Part shown: piece after piece, positions 26,299 through 40,752 of the stretch
How positions within the stretch are numbered: the stretch's first letter is position 1
Layout of the letters: every line of letters begins with the position of its first letter
Assembly: GCA_000182565.2 (NCBI GenBank)
Contig: KQ257451.1
Direction: 5' to 3' (one strand)
Length of the DNA: 64,000 nt
Source: Spizellomyces punctatus DAOM BR117
Taxonomy: Eukaryota
The notes under the pieces: generated by a model
The model's database searches: none
What the model saw: the letters and a program-made list of their open reading frames with translations, nothing else
Told to the model about the DNA's origin: nothing
Program-made: the position numbers and the translations under genes

Positions 26299-29007
26299 AT
26301 GTCTTTGCGAAATCGGCAGCAGAAAGCTGAAACCAATATGCTGGACGAGAGGTCTAGCTTGTTGGATGGAAAGGTCAATGACAGAAGGCGAGGAGCTCAG
26401 GTTCGTACTCTTATCAATGAACAAATGCATGTCTATTTAGTTTTGGGGTGCTAACGTTCGTGATATTCTTTTCTGCGCCTAGTGGTTTGGATGGCAGCAT
26501 TTTATCGTCTTTCCGCTCCTGATTGGAGCGCTGTACGTTTTATCTGGTTCTCGTCGAAGTCTGATCAATGAGTACAGGTACATGATGGCATATTCCAACG
26601 ATTGCAAACTAGACCTATTGACAAGTCCTTCACAGTCTCCCATCATATTACATCATTCACAATGCCCGAGTCTACACGGTCGATGATGTACAACCGTTTG
26701 CTGAGGCGTTCGTTGTCCGCGACGGGCACTTTGTAGATGTTGGAAGCGGGACAGAGTTACGGCAAGCCTATCCGGATGCAAAAGCGGTGGATGCTGGTGG
26801 GCGGATGATTGTTCCCGGGTTGATTGACGCGCATGCGGTGCGTGTCTGTAGCGCCTATCTATGTGGAAAGAATGAGCATTCGCTAACAAACCGGCAAATA
26901 GCATCTCATTGAACAGGGCCTGGCCCTCCTGCAGGCAGACGTAACAGGAGCCATGACCCTAAGTCAAGTACGATCTCGCCTCGTGTCCTACCTTGATGCC
27001 CACCCTGATATTGAAAGTAACAAAGAATGGATTATCGGCAAAGGATGGGACCAAACTAAATGGCCGGAAACAAATCACCAATTCCCGAACGCCTCCGATT
27101 TGGATCACCCCCGTCTTAGGCATATTCCCATTTGTTTGTTCAGAATTGACTACCATGCGTTTTGGGTCAACGAAGCAGCTTTGGAAAAGATTGGAAAAGT
27201 CCCGAAAAAGGTGGATGGCGGGGAGATTGTGCGTGATTCGAATGGACGTCTGACGGGTGTATTTTTGGATAATGCGATGGATATTGTTGACAATGCGATG
27301 GAGAGACCTGGCGAAAAGAGGCTGGCGGAGGCTATCGAAGCCGTCACCCAGAGAATGGTATCGTATGGTTTAACCGGCTTGCATGATGCGGGTGTGCTAC
27401 CGTGGCAGCTGGACTTTCTGAAGAGGTACGCGTTGAAGTTCAGACCAGACTCATATTAGTGCGATGAGCTGATTGCTACCCCAGCATAGTAGATGCTGGG
27501 CGTCTCCCGATTCGTAACTGTACGTTGGGGCTGCTTTCGCGCGTTACTACCTGATTATCCACTCTAATAACCGACGCAGACGCAATGATCAAATGTCCGG
27601 ATCCCGCACATTACTGTGGCGATATCGTGCCCCAGCTATTCAATTATGGTGATCGGCTGACAGTTCGCTCTGTAAAGTTGTTTCTTGATGGTGCTGTTGG
27701 ATCATGGGGAGCTGCCATGATTGAGGTACATCGCATATTTTACAAATATCCATATCATTACTCATCCGTGTGGTGGGATTGCTGGCACTTTTCTACTTTA
27801 GCCTTACTCTGACGATCCTACCAAGAGCGGATTCTTGCGCATGAATGAGACCGATCTGCCGGATCTGGTGTGGAAAGTATGTGAAACATGTCTTGTGTCA
27901 ACGTATGCACTCTCCACCGTATCTGACGATGGTATCGTTTCCCACAGTGGATTAGACATGTATGTCCAGCATTATTGCCGGAAAGCTTGACTTGCACCCT
28001 CATAGAGCATACAGGGATATCAAGTGAACACCCATTGCATAGGCGATCTGGCCAACAAGATCACTCTGGACGCCTACGAAGAGGCTTTTGAGCGTCTGGG
28101 AGAGCAAGGGAAAGACCTGCGGTTGAGAATTGAGCACGCGCAGATGGTGGTATGTTGTTCTTGCTGTTCTTGTTGGGATCATTTCTTTGTCTTTACGTAG
28201 TCCCCATTGGTGACAGAGATTGGAAGATATACCGCGATTTGCACGGTTGGGTGTCGTGCCGTCCATGCAGCCTACACATGGTTTGTAGTTTAGCCAATAC
28301 TTTGGTTACCACGTCGTACTTGGTGTTAACTATCAGATTATGCAAAGCGACGAGTGATATGTCGTATGTCGGACGTCGGATAGGCCCAGACAGGGTGCGC
28401 GGGGCTTATGCCTGGCAGTCGCTATTAAACGCTGGGTAGGTCGGAGTGTTTTTGCATCATATTGAATGTTCCAGTGTTGTGTGCTCAATTTCTCGCGGTA
28501 CAGTGTTTCCCACATTCCCCTTGGATCAGATTTCCCAATCGAAGGCATAAACCCGTTGCTCGGGATCTATGCTGCTGTGACGCGAACTGATGTTGACGGA
28601 TCATCGGTATGTTCTTGGCCCGGATTTTAGGATAAGCGCTTTATGGAGCTCTAAACCTTGATACTTGTGTTTTTAGCCGCATGGACCAACCGGATGGTAT
28701 CCTTCTCAGAAACTCAACAGAACACAAGCTCTTAAAGGATTCACGTTGGATGCAGCGTGGGCCGCGTTTCAAGACAGTGAGGTATAGTAGATTCAGTCAG
28801 CTAAATCCAATTGAGCAAAACAGAAGCCAATCATTCCCGTTCCAGCTTGGTTCGATCACACCTTCCAAAAAGGCCGATTTCGTCATATTTGATACTGAAT
28901 TCATGAAAGACGATTTGCCTCCATCAAAAATATTGGAGACACAGGTGGTGACGACAGTTGTAGGTGGAAATGTTGTCTACGGGACGCTGGGTGGATTCAC
29001 AACATAG
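26299..29007 (+). CDS. YtcJ-like amidohydrolase (Amidohydro_3) with N-terminal membrane anchor; many introns
   Basis: [122 protein letters not shown]. Confidence 0.93.
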
Positions 29008-30000
29008 ATTAGGCGTCCTTCATTGATGTAAAGATAGATAAGGTTAGATGCGAAGTCTGCGATGTGTCTAGAGCATATATTACTGCCTTGGAGATATTTT
29101 ACTTTCAATATTTGTCTAGTTTTCAAGAGAGACAAGCAGATCGATTTCACGGCGTGAAAACACACCTAGAGCAAGCAGCTAGACGGTCTCGTAAGCCTCT
29201 CCGATTGCTTACGCGATTCCTGATTGGTTGCGACCGTCGTCGACCAAGACAAGCTATTTGACAGCCCCTCAAAAAGATATGACGAGACCAAAACGTCCAT
29301 CGCATTTGGCTGTAAGGAGTTTCGTCTCTGCGCTTTGTGTGCAGGAGTTTTGAGAATGGTTTGTCCCTTGCAACGGCATCTGTGCGCTTGCAGGGAGTAA
29401 TGCGCTAGCACACAAGCGTGGCCTACAGTGTGCATTTCTTTTATTTTTTTCACAGCTCTCCACACTTGCTTTGCCAAGTTGGGGAATTCGACTGCCTAAC
29501 TCAAAATTAGCCTTCAGGGCTTTGATTGGCATGTCGACTGTGCCTTGCGTAGAGTGGAGCCGCTGCTTGGAATTTGTTCTCCATTTTCACATGGGCTTTT
29601 TGTCTCCACTGCAAATGACGCAGAGTAAAAGCCTCTGGTTCCCATTTGCTTTTCAACAGTAATTAGTGGTCTGATTCTCGCCAACAAGCTTGGTAAGGAT
29701 CTCCAGTTGAGCAATTCTAATATGGAGTACCTGACTGTGCAACAGCCAACAGGAAGGCTTTGTGTGTGTTTTTCTCACCTTCATCCGTTTTGCGATCGAC
29801 GTTCTGCCCTTTCTGTCTAAGCAGAGACACCTCATCGTACAGAAGGGGTATACAAGCTGTTTGGTACACTCCATTCCATGCAATTCCACCCTACGAACTG
29901 AGCACGGTAATTTGAAGGTACCCGGCATGCCATGCCTCTGGGTGTGGGAAACCAACAGTCAATTCCAATGCATCATACGTTTCTTATCCCTATCTAAATT

Positions 30001-32646
30001 ATGACGGAGGGCGGAAAGTCTTGTGAGCAGGGCTTTGGAAAAGGTGGCATAAGCGGTATTAGCACCCGCCATGGCATTGTTCATCTGTCACTTCAAGAAG
30101 ATGGGAACACATGTCAAAGTGCTTTTAGCCGTCCCCGTCCGGGGGTTTTGACAACGGCCACTTTCCAAAACTGTGGGAATATCCATGAACCAGACAGCAA
30201 GTTTGCTCCTGTCACAGGCTTTGTAACCTCCAATAGTAACCGTTCGCTCCGCGCTCAATCGTCGCAGCTGTCGACACAGCTGGCACAAGGGAAGGAGGAA
30301 TATGGTCAGGGTCACTTTGAGGAGAACGTTAGTAGCACCTCGAGGTTGCAGGACGATGAATTGCCGACCTCGGTACCTACTGGCTCCTCTCTAGGAAAGG
30401 GGGACGACGTGGTCCAGGCAGTAGGGGAAGGCGACCACGTAAAGCAAGGGCCCAAAGCCTGCGAGTCAACCCGCAATCGAGACTCCAATGAGCTTTCTCA
30501 AAACGCAGCTCAGTGCAGCCATTCCTCGTCTTTGCGCTCTTCTCCTTCGCCTGCCCCTGTATGCCAAGATCAAACAACCGTAGGTGCCCCCTTTCCACAG
30601 AGTCGCTTTTATTCCCGCATTGGTTCTTCCCCCCGCTTGCGTCCGGTAACAAATTGTCCGCCGCAACCAATACCAGTAAAAAACTCTCAATCTTCTCATC
30701 CTACCTCGACTCAGCATTCCGACAGCTGCGTCCCCGCATCGTCAAGCAACACCAACTTCTCGGCTACACACTCGATGTACTCTGGCCCTTTATCAATTGC
30801 TCCTAGTGCCGAGACTTTCCTCCTGGACCGTGCCCGACAACGAGGGCTAATGGTAGTATCTCCATTCGACTCCATTTCAACTTTCACGTCATCCGCACAG
30901 TCGCCAGGTTCAGAGCGGGGAATACCGAGCTATCCCGAATCTGGTCTTCATTCTGGATTTGAATCAAGCTCTTCTGTACCTCCAAAGGTATCTGGTGGGT
31001 GGACGTTCGCCTCCATTGCAGCTGGTCCAGTCCGACCGTTGCATACACACGGGTTCATTGAATACTCACCAGAGGACGATATCGAGGAGCGGATCTCACC
31101 AGATAGAGTTCAAGCGGGACGGACCCTGATGAGCATGGGCGGCTACTCCTCCGACTTTTCTGTAGCGTCTACCCCCATATCTACACATCGCACCTGTGAA
31201 GTTGCTTCATCAAATCATCTTAACACCCCGGAGCCGATACGACATGGATGTCTTTTCAAGACAGTTCATCATCCGTATATGGAATGGGGATGCGTTTGTA
31301 GGAGGTAGTGGGTTGGTCGGGAGCTACGGGATATACGACAAAGATATCGAAGAGCGGAAAAGTAAAGGCAAGGAGGCTATCGAAGGAGCTGTAAGTTCTT
31401 TTGAAGTTGAATTTTTTTGCTGTGGTTCATTAATTAACTGCTGTATTCATTCTACGACTAGTCTGGATATAATCCAACGGCAAAGCTGCCAATGCCTGTC
31501 CCGTCGTCAGTAATCCATGAGATTACTTCCAATTCAATGACATATTTTGCGAGGACCGGTATCTTACAACCAAATACAGAGGAGTTGGTAGTAGACGTGG
31601 ATCAACGACTTGAAAATTCGTTCCACCAAACACTAGTGGATATACATCATCTGGGCTTGAAGAGTGAACCAGGACAGGATGAGGTGGACATCAAAGTGGA
31701 AGATTCAGTTCTAAGTTCTGGAGTGCTTATACTCAACAGAAATGCCGGTACGAGGGAAGCAAGGGTGCGAGATCGGTCAATGAACAGGACGCCACAGCTT
31801 AGCGACATTTTAGCGTCCGGCGTCACTTCAATCTCACCTGGAGATAGCCAACTCGGAGCTGCGAGCGCGCACATGCTCGTCTGCGATGAGAACGAGACAA
31901 AGAGCCTAGACGAAGACGACAGAGTCTGCAAGGCTGGCGATGTGACACAGGCCTTTCAAAACCCCGAAGACGATTCTGAAATCCTTTTAATATCCCTTCT
32001 CGAACCCGACCATGTCTTCCAAACCGTTACCAAAGTTGCAGAGTGCCAGCCGGCTAAAGCCACCGCGATAATTGATGCCGAGCTGGACCATCTCCTCACC
32101 ATCATGCATTCCTTGGGGATGAAGGAGGCAGAAATCGCACTATACACGTCAGAGTCAATTCGCGATAGCAAAAGTCGGGAGCAGGATACCGACAGTGAGC
32201 AATATCAAGAGGAGGAAGATTCCGATTATTCGGAACCCAAAGTACGGCGGCAACAGCCCAAATCTCGCAAAAAGCGCAAAACAGACCTAGTTCTCAAAAG
32301 AAACAAAAAAGCGACCGCAATGCCCGCCAAACACAGGTCCATTCGCCGCGATCAGCGTGAATCCTCCGAATCGTCCTTTGCATTCACTACTTCCGAGAGC
32401 GAATCCGAGCCAGAGCCACCCCCAGTAGAGTTCAAAATTCCCCGGTCGCTTAGGGGAAAGGGATATATATGGCAAACACTGTTGCAGGAGCAGGCAGCAG
32501 GATCCAAAAGCCATGTAAATTCGCGTTCGGCAACTTCATCGGCCTCTTCCGGTTCATCTTCTGTCCGCGCTACAAAGCACAGTAAGGGACAAGGAAAACC
32601 TTCTAGGGGAAGGCCCAAAAAGAACAGAGGCAGAGGTCAGCGGTGA
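30001..32646 (+). CDS. Hypothetical low-complexity protein, probably nuclear (ORFs 30001-31308 and 31492-32646 probably joined by splicing)
   Basis: Two long adjacent same-strand ORFs; Ser/acidic-rich with basic NLS-like runs and a terminal RGRPKK AT-hook-like motif. Confidence 0.55.
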
Positions 32647-33103
32647 AGGCGTATTTACTCGCCATATTGCGCGAGTAGGATGTTGCTTGAGAGTATATGA
32701 GAATATTATTTTTGTCTTTGAACATTAGCAGAGTCTTTTAATATACTGCCGCTGTTATCTGCCTGGATCAATGAAAGAATGATGCGTTTTGTTCAAGCGG
32801 TTGGACGATATGCCCCAATAGTTAATACGCTACTTGCAGAGCCAATGTATCTCTTTGTATCTGGTTAAAGAGCATCTCATTAGAATGCTACTTTATTTTT
32901 TGCAAGTTGACAGCCTGCGATCGGCGTTGCTTATGGCAGCGGTGGTCACGTGTACTTTGGATGAGTGTGGGCAATAGCTCGCCATTTTCTGAAAGTCGCC
33001 CTTTGCCTGCTGACGGGTAGGTAGCAAGTTGTGAAGACGAGGGTAATGTTGTAGAATGCTGTCGAGCCACAGACCAAGGAAGGCAGTACAATAACGCAGA
33101 GTC

Positions 33104-36100
33104 ATGCTGCCCACACCTCAGAGTCTTACCCAATCCGATTCTGCACTCTCGTCACCTACCACGATACCCAGCGACTGGCTCCGTTTGAACAATGATGAGC
33201 TCAAGTCACTCATTCGTGAAGAGCTGGTGCACCGCCTGGATGCAGCAATGGCTAAGATGGCAAAGTGGCGCTCAACCATTTCGGCTGCCCTTCACCCAGA
33301 CCATTCGACACCGACTCCCGAAACCATTCGGGCGTACGATATTGACCAGCTAGAAGAGTATGTTGAGAAAGTAGAGATGGAAGAGCAGGAATTGGAGAAA
33401 GCGTTTCTAGTCAAGAAGTTGGGCGCTATGGTGGCTAGAAGGAGTGGCTCGGTGAAACCTCTTGAAGCAACACCGAGCCCAAGAGGAGAGTATCTGGGGC
33501 ATGTAGCTAGAGGGAGCAGTAATGATAATGCGTCGACTGTTGGGAGAGTAGCGATTTTGTCTCTGCCACGTACACAGATGGCAACGACGATAGGTGCCGA
33601 GGGTATCCATGTAGATGAACAGGTAAGGGACCTGTGTCCGCCGCCGGCACCGAGTTCCCAAACACCCAGCGAAAAGCGTTCCAGGAAGCGGTTCGTTATC
33701 ACGTCGAGGGATGAGGAGGACGACGACAGCCAGATAACCGCCGAACCGTCGCTACCTGTTAAGACCGTGGATGTGAAGGTGGAGGAAGCGACGGAGGAAT
33801 TCGATATTGATATCTCATCTGCGTCACCGGGCCTGAGTTTGGCTGAACCTCAACAGCACCCCAGTTCTATGGATGCAGTTGTCGTAGATATAGCCATTGA
33901 CGCGGCCGATGATGATCCTATCATGTCAAAAATACAGAGATTACAAGCGAAATGTCGCACGCCAAAGGTTGAACGCGCTACGACGGATCCCGAGGTGATC
34001 GTCATAGAGGATACTGATGACAAAATGGAAACCATTGGAACTGGTCAGGAGAACGAGCTACCTGCTAGTCAAGAGCCGGATACGCCACCATCAGGAGAGG
34101 CAGCCGAGGAGGACATGAACACACGTGATGATGATATTGCTGTCAAGTCGGAAAGAGAATCCAACTCACCTAAACGCGTTGAGAATGCTAACTTGAAACC
34201 ACATGACGGACACCCCGCGTACGTTCCTTGGAGTGTTCCCAACGGACTGGAAATCAATTCTCTCAGTTTATCTCAAGTCGTGAGAGGGTTATTGTGGCGA
34301 CATTTCCGGCACGGCAATGGTGGATTAAGTGCCAAAAGGATCACCGGTAACTATCATGTTTCATTGGAGCTATTTACATAGATTTCCTTTTGATGATTTT
34401 TGTGATAACAAGGGCTGTGCGTTGAGTATTTTCCCGAGCACATGCAAAGTAAGCAGACAAAGAAAGCCAGAGATAAAGGTATCCGGAAAGCGGTGCGCCG
34501 GTACATCCGAGCATGTGGATTCTGGGACAAGGCTGGGGTTTTCCCACCGAGTTCACATGGTTTGGAGACTCCCATCGTCCAGGCAAAACCCGTAATGTAC
34601 CTCAGTCCGCAATATTACAAGTATTTGAATTCGGATCATGATTTCAATGCGCAAAAGCATCTTTTCGAGCATGTTGACACCCTGACCTGTGCTCGTACAC
34701 CAAAGAACCCTTCGTCTTTGCCCTCTGACCATCCTGAAAGCAATGTGTCTGTTCCAATTGAGCCGGGAACCAGTTGTTCACATCGAAGTCTCGGGCTTGG
34801 GCACAGCTCTAATTTTGATCATACTACCCTACCGGGAGCAGTGCCAATTGAGGTACGACAAGAGCGTGCTTTACCGCAGCCGAAGCGTACTGGTAAGCGA
34901 CCGAATGGCCAAGCCGGGAATTCCCATGGGGACTTGAATGAGATTCCATCTACTCTCGCATCGTCGAATCGATCGAAGAAAAGAAGAAAATCAAAAAAAC
35001 GTCGCGCATCCTCACATGAATCGGACAGTGAAGATGATGATCTTTACACAGAAGAATCGAACGATGATGATCTTTACATAGAAGAATCGAGTGACGCGGA
35101 CACTTGGTTGCCTACGCCTCGCAGAAAACGTGTCAAAGTGGATACCGAAACGTCTGCTAAGCTGCCTCAAACAACTCAGATACCGACTGTGCTCAAACGT
35201 CCATGGTCAGAAAAGTGGACATCGACCAAGCCAATGATTGCCTATACGTACTGGCAGATGTGGAACAAACTCGGTGGAGACAATATTAATACCTACCGCA
35301 ATACAAGCTTTCGTGCTCACCAGAGAAATCTGGTTCCATATGCAGCGCTTGTCAAAGACAAGTGGAACCCCGGCCGCCTTCCGCAATCCGCTCTATTTGC
35401 CAAGGACCCAGGTCAGTCGCTCCCGGAAGCCCTCCAAAAGTGTAAAGAGTGGTGGAAGAGAACTCTTGGGTGGCGATTCAAAACGGGTGCTGTACCAGTG
35501 TTTTGCAACTTGCCGAAAAAGATTGCTGGACTGCAGCTTCCCGCATCTTATTGGCTGTATCTCGGCCCTTGTTATTTGGGTGACGTTCTTGCGAAAACAC
35601 CGTTTGAAGAACTATCGACAGCCAGTCGTGCCGTATGGGAGAAATATTGCGAGCAGGAGGATGTGATGGTGGAGGTGGAGATCTTGCCAAGCTCGGACCC
35701 AGATGACCTTACAATGGAGCAACTGGTTTGTGACGGGGACTGCGTGCGCCGGGCAATAGAAGTATTTGGTGACGAGAGCGTGGGACCTGATAAGGTGGTC
35801 CTCTGCGATTGTACTCCTGGTTTATTCCATCAACGCCATGGGGCCCAAAGTCGGCAGTGTTGTAGTTGGGATTACAAGAATACCAGGTGTGAGTGTTACT
35901 GGCGGACTCGAGAGCAAATTGAGGCAGCCTTTTATCAAGAGTACGGACGGTTCATGAAAAAGGATGCGATTCCTGAATTGGGAGCTAGTGCGACGAATTG
36001 CCTTGGAGGTGGTCCGCAGCCAAATGGGGCCGTCACGCGTGACGGGACACCGGGAGACATTGCTGACGAATGTAAAGAAGAAGAGGACGCAGACGTTTTG

Positions 36101-36394
36101 GTCAAGGACGAGGCGAATGAGGAGGATAGCCAGGATAAGGATCATCAGCCTAATGAGGAGACTCACAACTCGCGGCCTTTGTTTAGCGAAACGCAGCCTA
36201 TTTCCGAGGACGAGTTATTTGTAATTGACAAAATGCCAGCACGGGAGGTAGAACTCTCTGAGCGTCGTGAGGAGATAAACACGTCTACAGAAATAACAGT
36301 CAATGGAGATGAAGCTCCCAAACAGATACCCACCAACGAGAGTCCAAGTTGTCAGGATGAACAAGGGCTGATGCAAGTGGATAAAGTGTCATGA
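33104..36394 (+). CDS. Hypothetical protein of about 1070 aa (intron about 34347-34412)
   Basis: ORFs 33104-34381 and 34442-36394 are in the same frame and are joined by a 66-nt GT..AG intron; NLS-like KKRRKSKKRR; globular segment VPVFC..YWLYLGPCYL..FEELSTASRAVWEKY. Confidence 0.65.
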
Positions 36395-36825
36395 GCATGA
36401 TTCCCTGGGTACAGAGAAGACGTAATAAATCGGACTTGCCGACTGAAGCAACATGGGCCATATGCGGTGGAGGAACCTGATGAGACAAACGGGTCAGGTC
36501 CAATCTACGACCTGCAAAGACTGTTTATCGACTGTGTCCATGCTAGGTGGGTTGCGGAGCCTGGAATTTATAGTGCAATCGGAGATGATATCCAGATCGC
36601 AGAGTCCATCGCCATTTATGTGAGGTTCATAGCATATATATATATTGTATATAGTATTTCATCATGGTTGTCGCTTGATTCGTCATATTGCCTAAATACA
36701 TGGATTTTTGCATATTCAATAAAGCTCAAGATCAAATGTTTCGGACACGTCGCGTGTCCGAATCGGCCAGCAGTGTATGGCCCACTCAAAACAGCTAGAC
36801 GGAACTCTACGTTTGTTGAAGCACC

Positions 36826-37824
36826 ATGGTCACCGACATACCCACTAGCGACCTCTTTGCGGACGATGACACCTCCCGCGCCGGCAGCGTCCCACTCATA
36901 TCCTCCCCAATCACCCCCCGACACACTCGTTCCGTCTCCCTCGTTCCTTTTTCGTCGCCGACGGTTGGACCATCTCGACTTGGTTTGAACTTGGAAGAGG
37001 AAAGTGAAGGTGTAGAGGAAGAGAGTATAAATGGGGATGAGCGTGAACAAGTGGAACAGATGAAAAAAGATGAAGGCGAACAACGTGAACAAACTGTACA
37101 AGATGAAAAACGGGAATGGGTCAAACGCATGCGAATCATGTTTTGTGTGCGTGAGGAATTCGAGGTTACAAAGAGTATTATTCATGAAGATGGGACACTT
37201 AACCAAGAGTGCGTAAACAAACACATTACAAAAAAAAATCCCAATTCGAAAAAGATTTGACAATTGTCCCATGTAGTTACTTTCGACCTCCAAAAGGCAC
37301 CCAACTCTCGAACGAACCCGTCAAAAAATGGACCGACAAGGAACGTACACTCCTTATTCAAGGGATCCAAACATATGGAATTGGACATTTTAGAGAGATT
37401 TCAGAGGCGTTGTTACCAGATTGGGTAACGTCCATCCTTTGTTTTTACTGCCATGTAAAAACGCAAAATGTTGAAGCGAAAATGATCATTATAGCCTCCC
37501 AATGACCTACGCGTAAAATCCATGCGACTCATTGGTCGACAAAACCTACAAGAGTACAAGGATTGGAGGGGGAGCGAACAAGATATCCGAGACGAGTATG
37601 AACGGAATAAAGAGATTGGGATGCGACTTGGGTGTTGGAAGAGTGGGGTATTGGTTTTTGATGATGCGGGACGGGTGAATGAGGAGGTTAAAAAGTATCC
37701 GGTTGTATTCAAGGAAGAGGTGAGTGGATGTGAGATGTGTGTTCTTGTGAGGTGGTGGTTTTAATGGGTTTTTTTTGTGGTATCTTAGGTGGTGAATGGG
37801 GCAAACAAGAAGCGACGGAGATGA
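36826..37824 (+). CDS. Myb/SANT-like domain protein (4 exons)
   Basis: KKWTDKERTLLIQGIQTYGIGHFREISEALLPDW/..NDLRVKSMRLIGRQNLQEYKDWRG..CWKSGVLV; canonical introns; stop 37822-37824. Confidence 0.8.
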
Positions 37825-37949
37825 AAGGGGATTTTTATTTATTTGTCTTTTGTTTTTATTGTCCAGTGGGTTCCATTTCTTGTAGTACATCCTCTATTTT
37901 TGATAAAAGATTGTAAATACCAAGCGCTGCCCCCCTTGTCGTAAATCAT

Positions 37950-39233
37950 GTTCATAAACTCTTACCCATTTTCTCGCAATATGTATTGTAAAGCGTGATG
38001 AGGTGTAAAATCTTTTCCCGTAACCTATTCAGAAATGATCAACAATGACAGCCTTTTCAAGTAACCAAGATATGTTTCTTGAAATTTATTTCGGGATTTT
38101 ACCTTGACCCAAACATGACGCATTCCTCTCTTTGTTCTCTACTTAAACCGCCTTGGGATTGTTTGGATTCGAGGAATCGGGATGTGACGCTAGATGCCGC
38201 GTCAATGTTTTCTAGGAATGTACGAATTTGAGCGTACACGAGGGACGGCTATATATTGCATGTGTTAATGTACGTCATTGTTAAAGGAAGTTATGTTAGA
38301 TTACATTACATTTGCGGATGGGGTTGTCGTATCGGGTGTGACGTCTACATGTGAGGACGCGGCTGAAGATGATGACGGTTTGGGAGGATCAGGGGGAGGT
38401 TTTGGCGGTGTATCCGTTGAAGTTTGAGTATCGCGTGTTGCGATCAAGTCCGTTGAGTCTGTTTGGGTTTGGTTGTCCTTTGCGGCGGGTGTGGAATGGC
38501 GGGGTGGAGTTTGTGTGGGTAAATGAAGGGGAGAAGCGATGGATTCTGTTGGGTTGTGTAGTATATCCAATTCTGTACTATGGTCCTGTTCTTCCACTCT
38601 GTAATCTGGGAGTACACTTTCCACGACGGGTGGACCTGGTTCAAATGTCGTCACCTCCAACTCTTCTCCAAGTCCATTCTCCTTTTCATTGGGCTCCTTT
38701 CCTCGTTTCTTTTTCCTACTTTTTCTTTTTTCTCCAAGGACCCCCGCAAAAAGCCTTGTATGCTCTCTCAACAACGTCTCCAACATTTGCTGTTTACTCA
38801 CTACTTGATCTCTAGCAGCTTTAGAGCGCTCTTGTGCGTTCGCAACGTCCCGTGCCTGAAGTGTCCGAAGAGATTGGGTTTTTTGTTTGAGTTTGGTGGC
38901 TTCGGTAGAGAGTTTTGTAGTGCTGGACCAAGGGTTGATGTGAAGAGGTGGTTTAACGGGTTTCTTTTGTAGCTTTTTGGGGGATTTGGTGGTGTTGAGG
39001 GCATCCTGTAAAACCCTCATGTCTTCTACTACGTCATGTCCAGCGTATTTGGAATGATGGTTGGAGGTTTTCGTGGGTTTTGACGAGGGGAGACCTAATC
39101 GGTCGACAAAGTCGTAGGCCCATGCGTCTGGTTGCGAGGGTTTTGGAAGGTGGATTTTGATGGGTTTGCTTGTAGTTGAGGATTTGGAGGGGCGGGACTT
39201 GGTCTGGGTAGGATGTTTTCGGGTTGATTGCAT
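37950..39233 (-). CDS. Hypothetical protein with coiled-coil and Pro/Thr-rich regions (3' exons uncertain)
   Basis: 310-aa ORF 38301-39233 ending at a GT donor, continued by exon PSLVYAQIRTFLENIDAASSVTSRFLESKQ. Confidence 0.55.
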
Positions 39234-39509
39234 TCCTTTTAAAAAAGGTATGTGTGTATCGGGTTGGAGGTGTGCGTAGGTGAAGGAAATCCCACTCTCC
39301 TTGCTTTGTTCAAAGAGACGGGGATTGTGCGTTTAAACGCGAAAAGCAACGAAAGTTACTGCGCGTCGTTGAACATTGCGCGTATTTCGTCCGAAAGACG
39401 TGACCAGCTTACCTCATCTCATGACACATCAAAACTCGATCAAAATGCCATTTTCATTTCTACTGAACCAACTTTTACTTTTGAACCACGTTCAAAAACA
39501 CACAAAACC

Positions 39510-40046
39510 ATGGCCATACGAGCTCTTTCGGCTATCGTCAAGGCTATTACACCTCCCGTTGAGGTTCCCGTTCCCGTGTACCGCAAGGACTTGCCCCCTA
39601 TTGAAGAATGCATGTTACCCGAGAGTTTAATGGCAAGAAAACATGCAGCACGTATGTAGTTGAGCAAGTATTCACAACATGAATAAGCTATACCAAAAAA
39701 GTAACCACACACATAGACGCAGTCCAAACATGGAAAAAATTCAACCTCTATTTTACGGCCCCTGTTCTCCTTCTCGTAACGTTTTTCACGATTCCCAAAG
39801 AAATAGCTCATATTCGGCACTTGCAAGAGCATCCGAAAGAATGGCAAAACTTTGTTTATATGCGTAAGAGGAAGAATGCCTATCCCTGGGGAAATAGTAA
39901 TCTGTTTTATTATCCGAATGCCAATCCTGTGAGTTTGTTGTTCTTGTCTTGGGTGGTGATGGTCTGGATGTGCAGGGTTCATTTGTGCGCCTTGTTCCTT
40001 TATTTTGCAGAAACCGCCGGAAGAAGAAGATGAAGGGAATGAGTAA
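39510..40046 (+). CDS. COX13: Cytochrome c oxidase subunit VIa (3 exons)
   Basis: Spliced: ..RKHAAHAVQTWKKFNLYFTAPVLLLVTFFTIPKEIAHIRHL..FVYMRKRKNAYPWGNSNLFYYPNANP/KPPEEEDEGNE*; TW..TM..YPWG..LF..N pattern of COX6A. Confidence 0.85.
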
Positions 40047-40565
40047 AACGACAACACATTACGCTCCTCATTTACTGCTACCCAAACGGAGATGCAGTCC
40101 GATGCTGAGAGATGACAGTCATGTAATGGGGCATGTTGACAAAAGATACCTTGATTTTGATACACACTAATATCGAGTTTGAGTTGTGTATATTTGGTTG
40201 TATTTCTGGGCACACGATCGAGATAAACAATGACGGCACCAAAAGAAAAGACTTCCCCTCTAACCATTTTTCAGCACCCAACTCCCATAGAGACTGCCAG
40301 GACTGCACGAACTAATCACTAGTACAAGAAGCTCGAGTGTCTGCGTTCAAACTAACCTCCTTCAATTTGAAATGCTCCGATTGGCATTCCTATTGCATGA
40401 AACATGAGAAACCAAAAACATAAAGAAACGATAGCTTACAAAAAAAGGTTCGGAATTTACTATTACCCAAAATGACGAAGATATTAAGAAACTCGAAAAT
40501 AAAGAAAAGAACTTGCTTCAACTAACTCCTTTCGAGGAAAAGAAAGGGTTATGCCAGATTTATAG

Positions 40566-40650
40566 CGCTCCCGGCCAGGGTCGAACTGGCAACCTCTCGG
40601 TAGCTAGATATCTAACAGCCGAACGCGCTAACCAATTGCGCCACGGAAGC
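40566..40650 (-). tRNA. tRNA-Asn (GTT) with 11-nt intron
   Basis: Reverse complement GCTTCCGTGGCGCAATTGGTTAGCGCG-TTCGG-CT-GTT-A[gatatctagct]A-CCGAG-AGGTTGCCAGTTCGACCCTGGCCGGGAGCG. Confidence 0.93.
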
Positions 40651-40752
40651 TTGCGAATATAGGACTTGCTATGTATATTATCTATGTAATATGGAATCTA
40701 ATTCATACAAGCAAAATGATTTCCACGAGCATTGTGCAGTGGCCATCGCATA

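Noticed and set aside
32719-32727. TGAACATTA as an in-window target of the putative guide
   Set aside because: Only 9 nt match and the preceding bases are not CATA.
39338-39385. CGCG-rich SBF/E2F-like motifs in the divergent promoter
   Set aside because: Short motifs that are expected by chance; not supportable without enrichment analysis.
39440-40267. 275-aa minus-strand ORF, and other long antisense ORFs over M36, the coiled-coil gene and the ATPase
   Set aside because: Antisense shadows of well-supported genes, with no motifs.
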